DNA from: Alteromonas sp.
Lineage (GTDB): Bacteria > Margulisbacteria > Marinamargulisbacteria > UBA6595
Assembly: GCA_964220215.1 (NCBI GenBank)
Contig: CAXPTH010000008.1
Coordinates: 1 to 64,000, forward strand
Direction of reading: 5' to 3'
Length of the DNA stretch: 64,000 nucleotides
Position 1 is the stretch's first letter; every line of letters starts with the position of its first letter. This document shows, piece after piece, positions 38,819 through 48,945 of this stretch. Position numbers and translations under genes: made by a program. The notes beneath the pieces were generated by a model. It was not told the origin of the DNA. It saw nothing but the letters and a program-made list of their open reading frames with translations, and searched no databases.

Positions 38819-41071
38819 ATGAATAATGATTCCACAATTCATATAGCAGGTATTGATATTCCTTTAAAATTAGTTGACGCTGCAAACAAAAATGAGCTTG
38901 TTATTTTTGCAGGGGCTGGTGTTTCTCCAGGTATCTCTGGGGCCAGTGTTTCTCTGGACACTCCTTTGTCTAATGATCATGTAGATGCGGCTTTAAAAAA
39001 TATTTCAAACAAACATGATAACATAACATCATTGCCAGAAACACACAAAATATACCAAGAGCATGGTAGATTTGAGAGTCTTGTAAATGTGGCTTTAGAT
39101 TTAGAGAATATTTCAAACAAACATGATAACATCACATCATTGCCAGAAAGACTCGATAGAGTCCAAAATGATGTCCAAAAGAATGGTATTAATGTTAAGA
39201 AATTAGTTGCAGATGTTTTAAAAAAACAAAAAAACGGTAATGAGAATCATCAAATACTTCTCAACTTTTTTAAGGATAAAGATAACATTAGAATTGTAAC
39301 TACCAATTATGATGGCAATTTTCATAAGGCCGCTCAGGCACTGGGGTTGGAAGATTTACAGCAATATTGTCAACCGATCTTGCCATTCGGAGATAAATTT
39401 AAGGGAATTGTTTACTTGCATGGCCGTATAGACGATACCGATAGCATGATCATGACGCAAACAGATTTTTCTGAAGCGTACTTGAACCGTCAACGAACAC
39501 GTTTGTTTTTACAAGAGCTATTCAATCAGTATACCGTTTTGTTTGTAGGCTATAGTTTTCAGGATGAATTGATAAAGTATATTTTTAAAAGTTTCAACAA
39601 TAAAGATTTTAAAGATAAAGCATTTGCTTTAATGGATAAAGACGAATCTGAAAATGCGAAATATTTAGGTATAACTCCACTCAGTCCGTTAACAAATGGA
39701 CCAAATGATCAAGACTGCTTCAAAAAAATTTGGGATTGTCTTAAACAATGGGGTGAGCGCAATACCCCAGGTTTAATAGCTAAAATTGTAGCCCAAGAGA
39801 CCGCCCCCTTTGACCCAAGCATTTGGGGCTCCGTCATTCGGGAATGGTTTAAACAGTCACATGAACAGTCATTAACACAAGACGACGTTAAGCAGGATGT
39901 TCAGTTTTTATTAGATAATTATCAGTCCCTACAGGCTTGTCATACTACAATTTGTCAGTTTTTATCAGACAATGCGCAGCATTTGATAGCTCACAAGGAA
40001 TCACAAACTTTAGCCGATACAATACGAGACGCTATTTTTAACGATCAAACCATAGAGCCCGTGCTAATCTATAAAGACGGCGAGGAATCGGATTGGGTTG
40101 CAGAAGCTATTAATTCAAGCGGATTTTACTTGTGTGATTTTTATATTCGATCCATTCAGTGTGCTGATGATCAACCAATCAGTGATGAACCGTTAAACCG
40201 TGCGCTGAGTTCTTTTTTTGAAAACCAAAGTTATTCAGCAAAAATGGGTCGCAGTGCGTTGGCCTATCACTTGGCTTTTTTGTATCAAAAAAACGAATCT
40301 TGGACAATCAAAAATGTGTTGCCATTGTTTAATTGGGATCCCAATTATACAGAAGCGACGCGATCTTTGGTGCTATATATTTGGTCTAATCGATGGAATG
40401 AAGCGTTGCTGGAACAATTGTTGACGCAAAAAGAGGGTTCATTTATTAATTTTAAAGGCTTGGGGGAATCAAGGAAGATTTTTTGTCAACAGATGGCGGC
40501 TTTGGCAATATCTGTGGCGGTGTATCGTGGTGAAACAGTATTAGAAAAAGCGTGGTTCCAATCGTTTGTAGGGCATTGTGAATCAGACGATTTTGTATTT
40601 TTTGCACAAGGACTTTCAAGTGTCTTTCATGATTTAGTCAAAGACGAAACACGGGATACATCAAAAAAGATAGAGTGCTTAAATATGAGTTGGGAGTTTT
40701 TTTTAAAGGAATACGTTGACGATAGACACTCGGGGGTTCCCATAGAAATAGAACCGTCAGAATGTTTGGCGCTACTCGACAGTGGGCTTTATTTGATGGA
40801 TGCATCATTTTCTGAGTTTGTAGAAAAACTCAGCACCATGAAGCTCTCGTTGATTAAAAATTTAAATCCAGGGCAGCATGGGTTTGTTGTAAAGCTTTGG
40901 AGTCAAACAGAGGGTAAAGAAAGTTCGGCCATTGCAAAACTGCTTATTTTTCTTTTGGATCATGGGTTGGTGTCGTCAGTTGAAAAACAGCTTTTTTTGG
41001 GTAAACTAGTCCAGTCGATTCAAGACGATATCAGCGATGATTTAAAAGCGGAGCTTAATGCCCGCATGTGA
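38819..41071 (+). CDS. SIR2-like NADase domain protein with DUF4020-like C-terminus (DSR1-like defence candidate)
   Basis: FAGAGVS, TTNYD, YLHG, LFVGYSF; C-terminal W..EAINS and W....VLPLF.W; AT-rich. Confidence 0.7.
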   Translation: MNNDSTIHIAGIDIPLKLVDAANKNELVIFAGAGVSPGISGASVSLDTPLSNDHVDAALKNISNKHDNITSLPETHKIYQEHGRFESLVNVALDLENISNKHDNITSLPERLDRVQNDVQKNGINVKKLVADVLKKQKNGNENHQILLNFFKDKDNIRIVTTNYDGNFHKAAQALGLEDLQQYCQPILPFGDKFKGIVYLHGRIDDTDSMIMTQTDFSEAYLNRQRTRLFLQELFNQYTVLFVGYSFQDELIKYIFKSFNNKDFKDKAFALMDKDESENAKYLGITPLSPLTNGPNDQDCFKKIWDCLKQWGERNTPGLIAKIVAQETAPFDPSIWGSVIREWFKQSHEQSLTQDDVKQDVQFLLDNYQSLQACHTTICQFLSDNAQHLIAHKESQTLADTIRDAIFNDQTIEPVLIYKDGEESDWVAEAINSSGFYLCDFYIRSIQCADDQPISDEPLNRALSSFFENQSYSAKMGRSALAYHLAFLYQKNESWTIKNVLPLFNWDPNYTEATRSLVLYIWSNRWNEALLEQLLTQKEGSFINFKGLGESRKIFCQQMAALAISVAVYRGETVLEKAWFQSFVGHCESDDFVFFAQGLSSVFHDLVKDETRDTSKKIECLNMSWEFFLKEYVDDRHSGVPIEIEPSECLALLDSGLYLMDASFSEFVEKLSTMKLSLIKNLNPGQHGFVVKLWSQTEGKESSAIAKLLIFLLDHGLVSSVEKQLFLGKLVQSIQDDISDDLKAELNARM
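38999..39149 (+). repeat. 43-bp intragenic direct repeat
   Basis: 38999-39041 vs 39107-39149, one mismatch; both encode NISNKHDNITSLPE. Confidence 0.85.
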
Positions 41072-41130
41072 TATAATTAGGAACTAAATTACTGGCACAC
41101 GGTTTTTCATACCCAATCAGGAGCATATTC

Positions 41131-41562
41131 ATGCGTTATTTGCATACCATGGTTCGAGTTCAATCGATTGACGCGTCTTTGGCATTTTATTGCGATGCCT
41201 TGGGGATGGTTGAAGTGCGTCGCAAGACCCACGAAGCGGGTCGGTTCACCCTGATTTTTTTAGCGGCGCCGGGGGATTCGGATCGCGCACATCCCCCGTT
41301 ATTGGAGCTTACCTACAATTGGGACCCTGAGGTGTATGCCGCTGGCCGAAATTTTGGTCACTTGGCCTTTAGTGTGCCCAATATTTATGGGTATTGCCAA
41401 GGACTAATGGACAAAGGCATTGTCATCTGCCGTCCCCCTCGCGATGGGCGTATGGCGTTTATCCAATCCCCCGATGGGATTTCGATCGAATTGTTGCAAG
41501 ACGGAGACGCGTTGCCCATTGCCGAGCCCTGGGCGTCAATGCCCAATCAAGGCACATGGTAA
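41131..41562 (+). CDS. gloA: Lactoylglutathione lyase (glyoxalase I)
   Basis: YLHTMVRV, LELTYNW, FGHLAF, SPDGISIEL. Confidence 0.92.
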   Translation: MRYLHTMVRVQSIDASLAFYCDALGMVEVRRKTHEAGRFTLIFLAAPGDSDRAHPPLLELTYNWDPEVYAAGRNFGHLAFSVPNIYGYCQGLMDKGIVICRPPRDGRMAFIQSPDGISIELLQDGDALPIAEPWASMPNQGTW

Positions 41563-43121
41563 TTCGCGCTATTTTGGCACTGGTCGTGACCGCCATGCTA
41601 ACCGGGTGTGGCAGCCAAATCGAACAAAAAATGCTCGTCATGCCATTGGGCGCAGACCCCAGTTACTTAAACCCCATTTTGTATACCGACCAACCCTCGG
41701 CAGAGGTTGCTGGATTTATTTTTAGCGGCCTGTTTCGGGTGAACGAACGCTTGGAACTTGAACCGGATTTGTGCCAGTCGTATACCGTTCACGATGCTGG
41801 TAAACGCTATGTATTTCATCTTAGACAGGATGTGCGTTGGCACGACGGCGAGCCGTTTACGGCTGAGGATGTCGCCTTTACCTTTGAGCGCATTATGGAT
41901 CCCACCACCAATACGGTGCGTCGCAGTGGCTACATCATTAACGGCAAGCCCATTACCTGGCATGTGGTGGATCGGTATACCATTGAAGCGCGGTTGCCAG
42001 AATCACTGGGTCCATTTTTATTTCGAGCCGCCATTGGCATCTTGCCCAAGCATAAATTGGCCGATCAAGCCATCAACACAGCAGCGTTTAATCGCCAACC
42101 CATTGGCACGGGACCGTTTAAGTTTCACGATTGGAAATCCGGCCAATTTGTTCGATTGATTCGATCCGATCTCTACTATGACGGGCCGCCCCAATTGCCG
42201 GGTATTTTATTCAAAGTGATTCCCGATGCCCAAACGGCGATGCTAGCCCTAAAGCGTCAAGACGTGCACATGAATGGGGTGTTGCCGAAAGACTATCATC
42301 GGTATGAAACACTGGATTATTTGCAGATGGCTCGGTGGTACGGGCTTAATTATACTTATCTGGGATTGAATTTAAAAAAAGCACCCTTTTCAGATATTCG
42401 ATTCCGACAAGCCTTAGCCCATGCGGTTGACCAACAAAAAATTGTGGATACGGTGTTGCAAGGGTTTGGTCGGCCGGCCTATTACCCATCATCGCCCGTC
42501 TCATGGGCGTATCCACCGGATGACCAGCCGTTATATGCCTATGATCCGGCGCGCAGTCACGCGTATTTGCAAGCGATGGGGTATCGGCGCAACGCAGCCG
42601 GACGTTATGAAAAAAATGGCAAACCGGTTTCGTTGGTGCTAGCCACCAACCAAGGGAATAAATATCGGGAAAAAACAGCCGCTTTGATTCAGCAATATTT
42701 GGCTGAAATCGGTCTTGATGTTCGCATTCAACTCATGGAATGGAGCGCTTTGTTAAAACTCACAAAGGATACGAGCGAAGCGACTGGGTTTGACATGATT
42801 GTGTTGGGGTGGAACATTGGGGTTGATCCGGATGCCAGTAGTATTTGGCATTCGCGGGAATACCCCCAGGGGTTTAATTTTGTGGGGTATTCAAACCCCA
42901 GCGTCGATGCCGGTTTGGATGCGGCGCGTCAGTATACGCATCGTGCGGATCGCCAACCGGTGTATCATCGGCTATTCACACAAATTGCCCAGGATGTGCC
43001 CTATTTATTTTTATATCATACGGAAACGGTCATGGGGGTGAATCGGCAGGTTCAGGGGCTGTCAATGCCCGGTCCAGCGGGGCTAATGGTTCGGCCAGAA
43101 TCGGTCTATTTAACGCCATGA
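41556..43121 (+). CDS. Peptide ABC transporter substrate-binding lipoprotein (family 5)
   Basis: Lipobox LTGC after ATG 41556; LRQDVRWHDGEPFTAEDV, PIGTGPF. Confidence 0.9.
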   Translation: MVIRAILALVVTAMLTGCGSQIEQKMLVMPLGADPSYLNPILYTDQPSAEVAGFIFSGLFRVNERLELEPDLCQSYTVHDAGKRYVFHLRQDVRWHDGEPFTAEDVAFTFERIMDPTTNTVRRSGYIINGKPITWHVVDRYTIEARLPESLGPFLFRAAIGILPKHKLADQAINTAAFNRQPIGTGPFKFHDWKSGQFVRLIRSDLYYDGPPQLPGILFKVIPDAQTAMLALKRQDVHMNGVLPKDYHRYETLDYLQMARWYGLNYTYLGLNLKKAPFSDIRFRQALAHAVDQQKIVDTVLQGFGRPAYYPSSPVSWAYPPDDQPLYAYDPARSHAYLQAMGYRRNAAGRYEKNGKPVSLVLATNQGNKYREKTAALIQQYLAEIGLDVRIQLMEWSALLKLTKDTSEATGFDMIVLGWNIGVDPDASSIWHSREYPQGFNFVGYSNPSVDAGLDAARQYTHRADRQPVYHRLFTQIAQDVPYLFLYHTETVMGVNRQVQGLSMPGPAGLMVRPESVYLTP

Positions 43122-44089
43122 TGGGCAGCATCTCGAAACGGTTGCTAACGATGATTCCCATGATTCTGGGGATTACAGCGGTGTCCTTTGTTTTGATGCA
43201 ACTGGCCCCTGGAGATCCGTTGGCCATGATGGTGGACCCCAGCATTCACGAGTCAGACTTGGCGCAGGTTCGGGAAAATTTAGGGCTCAATCAGCCCGTT
43301 TGGATCCAATATTGGCGGTGGCTGTTGGCCGTGCTTCAGGGTGACTTTGGGTATTCGTTTGTGACTGGGCAACCGGTATTGACTGTGATTTTGGATCGGT
43401 TGCCAGCCACGCTGTTGTTGTCTGGCTCGACAATGGTGTTGATTGTGGGGATTACCTTTCCATTGGGCATATGGGCCGGGTATAAGGCCAACACCGCTGT
43501 GGATCATTGGATTACCGTGCTGACGTTTATTGGGATGTCGATACCAGCGTTTTGGTTGGCCTTGGTTTTGTTGTTGATGTTGAGCGTTCAGCTGGAATGG
43601 TTTCCCTTGTCTGGGTTTCAAAATTATGCGGTATTTGAGCCCACCGTGTGGCAACAGTGTGCCAGTATTGTGCATCACATGGTGTTGCCGTTGGTGACCA
43701 GTGTGCTGGGTGGGTTGGCTGGCTTAACGCGGTACCATCGGTCGGGAGTTGTGGGCATTTTAAATCGCATGTATATTACGGCGGCTCGGTCGCGGGGGGT
43801 AGGGCCCTCGCGGTTGTTATTTAAGCATGTGGCTAAAAATGCGGCGTTGCCCATTATAACATTGTTGGGCTTAATGATTCCGGGCTTGATTGGGGGATCG
43901 TTTGTGATTGAATATATTTTTGCTTGGCCGGGCATGGGGCAACTGGGTGTTTCGTCGGTCTTTGCACGGGATTATCCCGTGTTAATGGCGATTTTGGTGT
44001 TTTCATCTCTGCTGATTATGCTGGGGACCTTGGTGTCAGATATTGCCTATCAATGGGCCGACCCTCGGGTGGGTCGAACGAGCGTGTAA
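43118..44089 (+). CDS. Peptide ABC transporter permease (OppB/DppB)
   Basis: APGDP, GDFGYS, EAA-like YITAARSRG, FAWPGMG. Confidence 0.9.
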   Translation: MMGSISKRLLTMIPMILGITAVSFVLMQLAPGDPLAMMVDPSIHESDLAQVRENLGLNQPVWIQYWRWLLAVLQGDFGYSFVTGQPVLTVILDRLPATLLLSGSTMVLIVGITFPLGIWAGYKANTAVDHWITVLTFIGMSIPAFWLALVLLLMLSVQLEWFPLSGFQNYAVFEPTVWQQCASIVHHMVLPLVTSVLGGLAGLTRYHRSGVVGILNRMYITAARSRGVGPSRLLFKHVAKNAALPIITLLGLMIPGLIGGSFVIEYIFAWPGMGQLGVSSVFARDYPVLMAILVFSSLLIMLGTLVSDIAYQWADPRVGRTSV

Positions 44090-44883
44090 TGGTTGCACTA
44101 TCGGCCTTGTTTTTAATGGGTTTGATCGGGGTGTCGATTTTGGTTCCCTGGTTGAGTGGGGTGGATCCCAATGTTGTGCCGCTCACTCAGCAGCTTGAGC
44201 CCTTGCCGCCCCGATGGGACCATTGGGTGTATTGGTTTGGAACGGATGATTTGGGACGGGGAATTTTGATTCGTATTGTGTATGGGGCTCGGTTGTCCTT
44301 GGTGATTGGGGTTGTATCGGCGGTTGTGTCGACCAGTATTGGCAGTTTGGTGGGGGGAATTTCAGGCTATTTGGGGGGCTGGGTGGACAAAGTCTTGATG
44401 CGCTTTGTGGAGTTTATGATGGCAATACCAACGCTGTTTTTGATTTTAATTATTCAAACAATCTATACGCCAACCATTGTTACCGTTATGGTGGTTATTG
44501 GTTTAACCAGTTGGATGGGGGTTGCACGCTTGGTCCGGTCTGAAGTTTTGAGCATTAAGCAGCAGCCATTCGTATTGGCCGCTCGGGCTCGGGGTGTTTT
44601 GGGTTGGCGGTTGTTGCTTCGGCACATTATGCCCCATGCGCTGCCCCCGATTGTGGTTGCGGCAACATTGGATGTGGGTGGGGCCATTTTAATTGAATCG
44701 GCATTAAGCTTTTTGGGCTTGGGTGTTCAACCGCCCCATGCGTCGTGGGGCAATATGCTGCACAATAGTTTGAGTTATTTGTTGGATGCCCCATGGATGG
44801 CGTTAATTCCAGGAGGGTTTATTACCGCTACTGTGTTGGCGATCAATATTTTGGGCGACCGATTGCGGTATCGCTCAGATTAA
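44089..44883 (+). CDS. Peptide ABC transporter permease (OppC/DppC)
   Basis: FGTDDLGR, YGARLSL, ESALSFLGLG.PP..SWG. Confidence 0.9.
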   Translation: MVALSALFLMGLIGVSILVPWLSGVDPNVVPLTQQLEPLPPRWDHWVYWFGTDDLGRGILIRIVYGARLSLVIGVVSAVVSTSIGSLVGGISGYLGGWVDKVLMRFVEFMMAIPTLFLILIIQTIYTPTIVTVMVVIGLTSWMGVARLVRSEVLSIKQQPFVLAARARGVLGWRLLLRHIMPHALPPIVVAATLDVGGAILIESALSFLGLGVQPPHASWGNMLHNSLSYLLDAPWMALIPGGFITATVLAINILGDRLRYRSD

Positions 44884-44969
44884 CGCCTGGGTGCTCAGGG
44901 GGGATTTTGGGGGTCGTTGTCATCGCGTTTGAATTGTCTGGCTGGGATTCAAAATGGTAAACTAATGCT

Positions 44970-47786
44970 ATGGGAAGTTTTTACCATCGCCATGTTGATA
45001 CACGCACAATTGATGCGCGATTGCAGGCATTGGGAGTTGCTAATTTAGACATATTAATGGGCGAAGCGATTCCAGATTCTATTCGTTTAGATCAGCCCAT
45101 TTCCCTGCCAGATGCCATGAGCGAGCCCGAAGTGCTCGAGCATATTGCGGGGCTAGCCAGTCAAAACCAACTGTTTCGCTCCTTGATTGGCCAAGGGTAT
45201 TATGATTGTTACACGCCGTCGGTGATTCAGCGGTGCATCTTAGAAAATCCCGCTTGGTATACGGCTTACACGCCGTATCAACCCGAGATTTCACAGGGAA
45301 GATTAGAGTTTTTATTTTATTTTCAAACAATGATTGCCGATTTGACCGGCTTGCCAATTGCGAATGCCTCGCTGTTGGATGAAGCCACCGCCGCTGTTGA
45401 AGCCATGTTGATTTTATGGCGGCAGTGCCCGGATTCGAATCGGTCGGTTTTTTTGGTTGAATCGGCTGTCTATCCTCAAACTTGGGCGGTGTTGCGGGGC
45501 CGAGCCGAGGCCGTGGGCATTACACTGGTTATGGTGGATAGCCCAGCGGATGGTCAGGCGCATGCCGCCGACGCGTTTGGCATGCTGATTCAATCGCCCA
45601 ATCGATGGGGAACGGTTGTCGATCTTTCCGATTGGCAAGCGGTGTTAAGTCACCATCAAATCCCCTGGGTCATGGCAACCGATTGTATGGCCTTAACGGT
45701 TATGCGAACACCAGGGGAATGGGGCGCAGACTTGGCGGTGGGGTCTACCCAACGCTTTGGTGTGCCCATGGGTTATGGGGGGCCGCATGCGGCATTTATT
45801 GCAGCCACAGAAGCCTATAAACGGCAATTGCCGGGTCGGATGATTGGGTTGTCCAAAGACCGGTTGGGCAATCCTGCATATCGGATGGCGTTGCAAACCC
45901 GTGAGCAGCACATTCGCCGTGAGAAAGCCACATCCAATATCTGTACGGCGCAAGCCTTATTGGCTATTATGGCGACGGCCTATGCCATGTACCATGGGCC
46001 TCGTGGTTTGCATGCCATTGCCATGCGCATCCATCAGCATGCCACTCAGGTGCACCACGGGTGTGCCGCTATGGGCCTGCAGCCGGTGTCTGACTTGTTT
46101 TTTGATACGGTTACCCTGGTTGCATCGGCTGAACAGCAAGCAGCCATTCGGGCGGAGTTGGAGACCCATCGCATTAATTTGGGCTATAATCTTGAGGCTC
46201 AACGCCTAACAATTGCCATGGATGAAACCGTTACGGATGCCGTTCGAGACACCCTATTAACGGGTATTGCCACGGCATTGGGGTATCCCATGCCGGCTGC
46301 GAATGGGGCGCATGTTGTGTGTGTGGGGCAAACCCGAACGCAACCGTATTTAACCCAATCGGTATTTCAATCGCACCAAACTGAAACCGACATGATGCGC
46401 TATATCCGTCGGTTAGAGTCCAAAGATGTTTCGTTGGTACATAGTATGATTCCCTTGGGGTCGTGCACCATGAAACTGAATGCGGCTACGGCGTTAATGC
46501 CCGTGTCGTGGTCGTTGTTTGGGCGGGTGCATCCGTTGGCGCCCGTGAAACAGGTGCAGGGGTACCAAACTATGATTGAGGCCTTATCCGCAGATTTGGC
46601 CCATTTAACGGGTATGGCGGGGGTGTCCCTTCAGCCCAACTCCGGGGCCCAAGGGGAATTAGCCGGTCTATTGGTCATAAAGGCCTACTTTGAATCCCGT
46701 GGGGAATCCCAGCGTCGGGTTGTGTTAATCCCTCAATCGGCCCATGGGACCAATCCAGCATCGGCTGTGTTGGCAGGGTTGGAGATTGTGTCTGTGCCAT
46801 GCATTTCGCATGGGAGTATTGATGAGGCTAAAATTCAACAGCACATAGATCAGATTGGGGACCGATTGTTTGGGTTAATGATTACGTATCCGTCCACGTA
46901 CGGGGTGTTTGAATCCAATATTCAAACGATTTGTCAATTGATTCACGATGCCGGTGGGCAAGTGTATTTAGACGGGGCCAATTTAAATGCGCAATTGGGG
47001 CTTACCAATCCACGGATTGCCGGTGCGGATGTGTGCCATTTAAATTTACATAAAACCTTTTCGATTCCACATGGGGGGGGAGGGCCAGGAGTTGGCCCCA
47101 TTGCGGTTGCGGATCATTTGGTTCCGTTTTTGCCGGGACAGCCCGATGGGATTGCGTCAGTGTCCGCCGCTCCGTGGGGCAGTGCGAGTATTTTATGGAT
47201 TGCGTATGCGTACAATCGACTACTGGGCCCAGACGGGCTGACACAATCAACCAAAGTGGCGATTTTAAATGCCAATTATATTGCCAAGCAATTAAGCGAT
47301 CATTATGACTTGCTGTACACCAATCAAGCCGGTCGTGTGGCGCATGAGCTGATTGTGGATTGTCGTGAATTTCGAAAAACAGCCGGGATTACGGTGGATG
47401 ACATTGCCAAGCGATTGATGGACTATGGGTTTCATGCACCAACGATGTCGTGGCCGGTTCCGGGGACGTTGATGATTGAGCCCACTGAAAGTGAGTCTTT
47501 GGCCGAGTTGGATGCGTTTTGTTCGGCCATGATTGCGATTCGTGCTGAGATTAAGGCCATTGAAGATGGCGTGGCGGATCGGTCAGACAATGTGCTCACG
47601 CAGGCGCCACACACGGCGGCGGAGTTGATGGGGGATGCCTGGAACCATGCGTATACTCGGCAGGCGGCGAGTGTCCATCGGCCAGATGGTATTCGGGCAA
47701 CAGTGGCGCGTGTGGATCAAGCGTACGGGGATCGCAATTTAGTGTGCGCCTGTGAACCGTTATTGGAGCCCATTCATGAATCGTAA
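44970..47786 (+). CDS. gcvP: Glycine dehydrogenase (decarboxylating), single-chain P protein
   Basis: YTPYQPEISQGRLE, LGSCTMKLN, HLNLHKTF..PHGGGGPG. Confidence 0.96.
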   Translation: MGSFYHRHVDTRTIDARLQALGVANLDILMGEAIPDSIRLDQPISLPDAMSEPEVLEHIAGLASQNQLFRSLIGQGYYDCYTPSVIQRCILENPAWYTAYTPYQPEISQGRLEFLFYFQTMIADLTGLPIANASLLDEATAAVEAMLILWRQCPDSNRSVFLVESAVYPQTWAVLRGRAEAVGITLVMVDSPADGQAHAADAFGMLIQSPNRWGTVVDLSDWQAVLSHHQIPWVMATDCMALTVMRTPGEWGADLAVGSTQRFGVPMGYGGPHAAFIAATEAYKRQLPGRMIGLSKDRLGNPAYRMALQTREQHIRREKATSNICTAQALLAIMATAYAMYHGPRGLHAIAMRIHQHATQVHHGCAAMGLQPVSDLFFDTVTLVASAEQQAAIRAELETHRINLGYNLEAQRLTIAMDETVTDAVRDTLLTGIATALGYPMPAANGAHVVCVGQTRTQPYLTQSVFQSHQTETDMMRYIRRLESKDVSLVHSMIPLGSCTMKLNAATALMPVSWSLFGRVHPLAPVKQVQGYQTMIEALSADLAHLTGMAGVSLQPNSGAQGELAGLLVIKAYFESRGESQRRVVLIPQSAHGTNPASAVLAGLEIVSVPCISHGSIDEAKIQQHIDQIGDRLFGLMITYPSTYGVFESNIQTICQLIHDAGGQVYLDGANLNAQLGLTNPRIAGADVCHLNLHKTFSIPHGGGGPGVGPIAVADHLVPFLPGQPDGIASVSAAPWGSASILWIAYAYNRLLGPDGLTQSTKVAILNANYIAKQLSDHYDLLYTNQAGRVAHELIVDCREFRKTAGITVDDIAKRLMDYGFHAPTMSWPVPGTLMIEPTESESLAELDAFCSAMIAIRAEIKAIEDGVADRSDNVLTQAPHTAAELMGDAWNHAYTRQAASVHRPDGIRATVARVDQAYGDRNLVCACEPLLEPIHES

Positions 47787-48945
47787 GCGGGCCTTATTTA
47801 TTTTATTTTTGGTTGTTGCAACCGAATTAATTGGATTTGGATTAATCATTCCAATTTTGCCCCAAATTGGGTATCGCTTCAGCTTGGACCGGTGGCAGTT
47901 GGGGGTCTTATTGGCGGCGTATTCAGCGGCACAGCTGATTGCATCGCCAATATTGGGTAGTTTATCGGATCGATGGGGGCGAAAGCCCATGCTGGTCTTT
48001 AGTAAATTGGGAACGGTCCTATCCTATGGGATATTTGCCTATGCCGGTAGTTATGAATGGTTATTGGCGTCTCGGCTTTTGGATGGGTTTACAGGGGGGA
48101 ATATTTCGGTCGCTCGTGCGTATATTGTGGATATTACGGATGAAAAAAGCCGGTCTAAAGGCATGGCGATTTTAGGCATTTCATTTGGATTGGGGTTTAT
48201 TATTGGCCCCTGTTTGGGCGGGTTTTTATATGATGGCACGCATCGGTTGGCCGGTTTGGTTGCCGGGGCGGTGTCCTTCGTCGCGTTGATTTTGACACTC
48301 GTGTTGCTTCAAGAGCCGGAGCGTCAAAAGACCGATGCCACTCGCGATATAAAATGGTATCAGTTTTTGCGTGTTATGAAATGCCCCGTGATTTTATTTA
48401 TTTTAGGGGTCCATTTTGTGCGTATGGTTGTGTTTTCTGGATTTGAAACGACGTTTGCGTTGTTTACGTTTCATGCCTTTGGCTTTGATGAGAGTCAAAA
48501 CAGTTGGTTGTTTTTTTATTTGGGGTTGGCCGGTTTGGTCATTCAGGGTGGACTGTCGCGCCGATCGGTCGCCCGGGTGGTGCCGATGGTGTGTTTGGGT
48601 TTGTGTTTGACCAGTATTGCGTATGGGGGCTTATCAATGGTAGCGACAGTTCCGATGTTATTTGCAATTTTACTTATTTTTGAATTGGGGTTGGCGTTGA
48701 CCATGATTTATATTCCCACGTGGTTGGCGGATAAAAATACGGATACTGAGTCTGTGGGGGGGGTGATGGGGTTGTATGAGGCAACGGGTAGCTTGGCGCG
48801 CATTATTGGTCCGTTGATGGCGTTTGGCTTATTTTTCTCATCCATTCGCATGGGGTATGCGGTATTTGCTTGGGTATTGGTTCCGTTTTGGTTCGTTTTA
48901 GTCATCCCTCGGTTTCGCCAATGGGTCACGCCAACATCGGTATGA
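47776..48945 (+). CDS. MFS transporter, TetA-like (DHA1)
   Basis: GSLSDRWGRKP motif A, FGLGFIIGP motif C; about 12 TM segments. Confidence 0.85.
   Translation: MNRKRALFILFLVVATELIGFGLIIPILPQIGYRFSLDRWQLGVLLAAYSAAQLIASPILGSLSDRWGRKPMLVFSKLGTVLSYGIFAYAGSYEWLLASRLLDGFTGGNISVARAYIVDITDEKSRSKGMAILGISFGLGFIIGPCLGGFLYDGTHRLAGLVAGAVSFVALILTLVLLQEPERQKTDATRDIKWYQFLRVMKCPVILFILGVHFVRMVVFSGFETTFALFTFHAFGFDESQNSWLFFYLGLAGLVIQGGLSRRSVARVVPMVCLGLCLTSIAYGGLSMVATVPMLFAILLIFELGLALTMIYIPTWLADKNTDTESVGGVMGLYEATGSLARIIGPLMAFGLFFSSIRMGYAVFAWVLVPFWFVLVIPRFRQWVTPTSV

Noticed and set aside
41093..41110. Possible sigma-54 promoter (TGGCAC) upstream of gloA
   Set aside because: No GC at the required -12 spacing.
44884..44969. 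Glycine riboswitch upstream of gcvP
   Set aside because: Spacer is only about 85 bp, has no recognisable aptamer, and a -10 box abuts the ATG.
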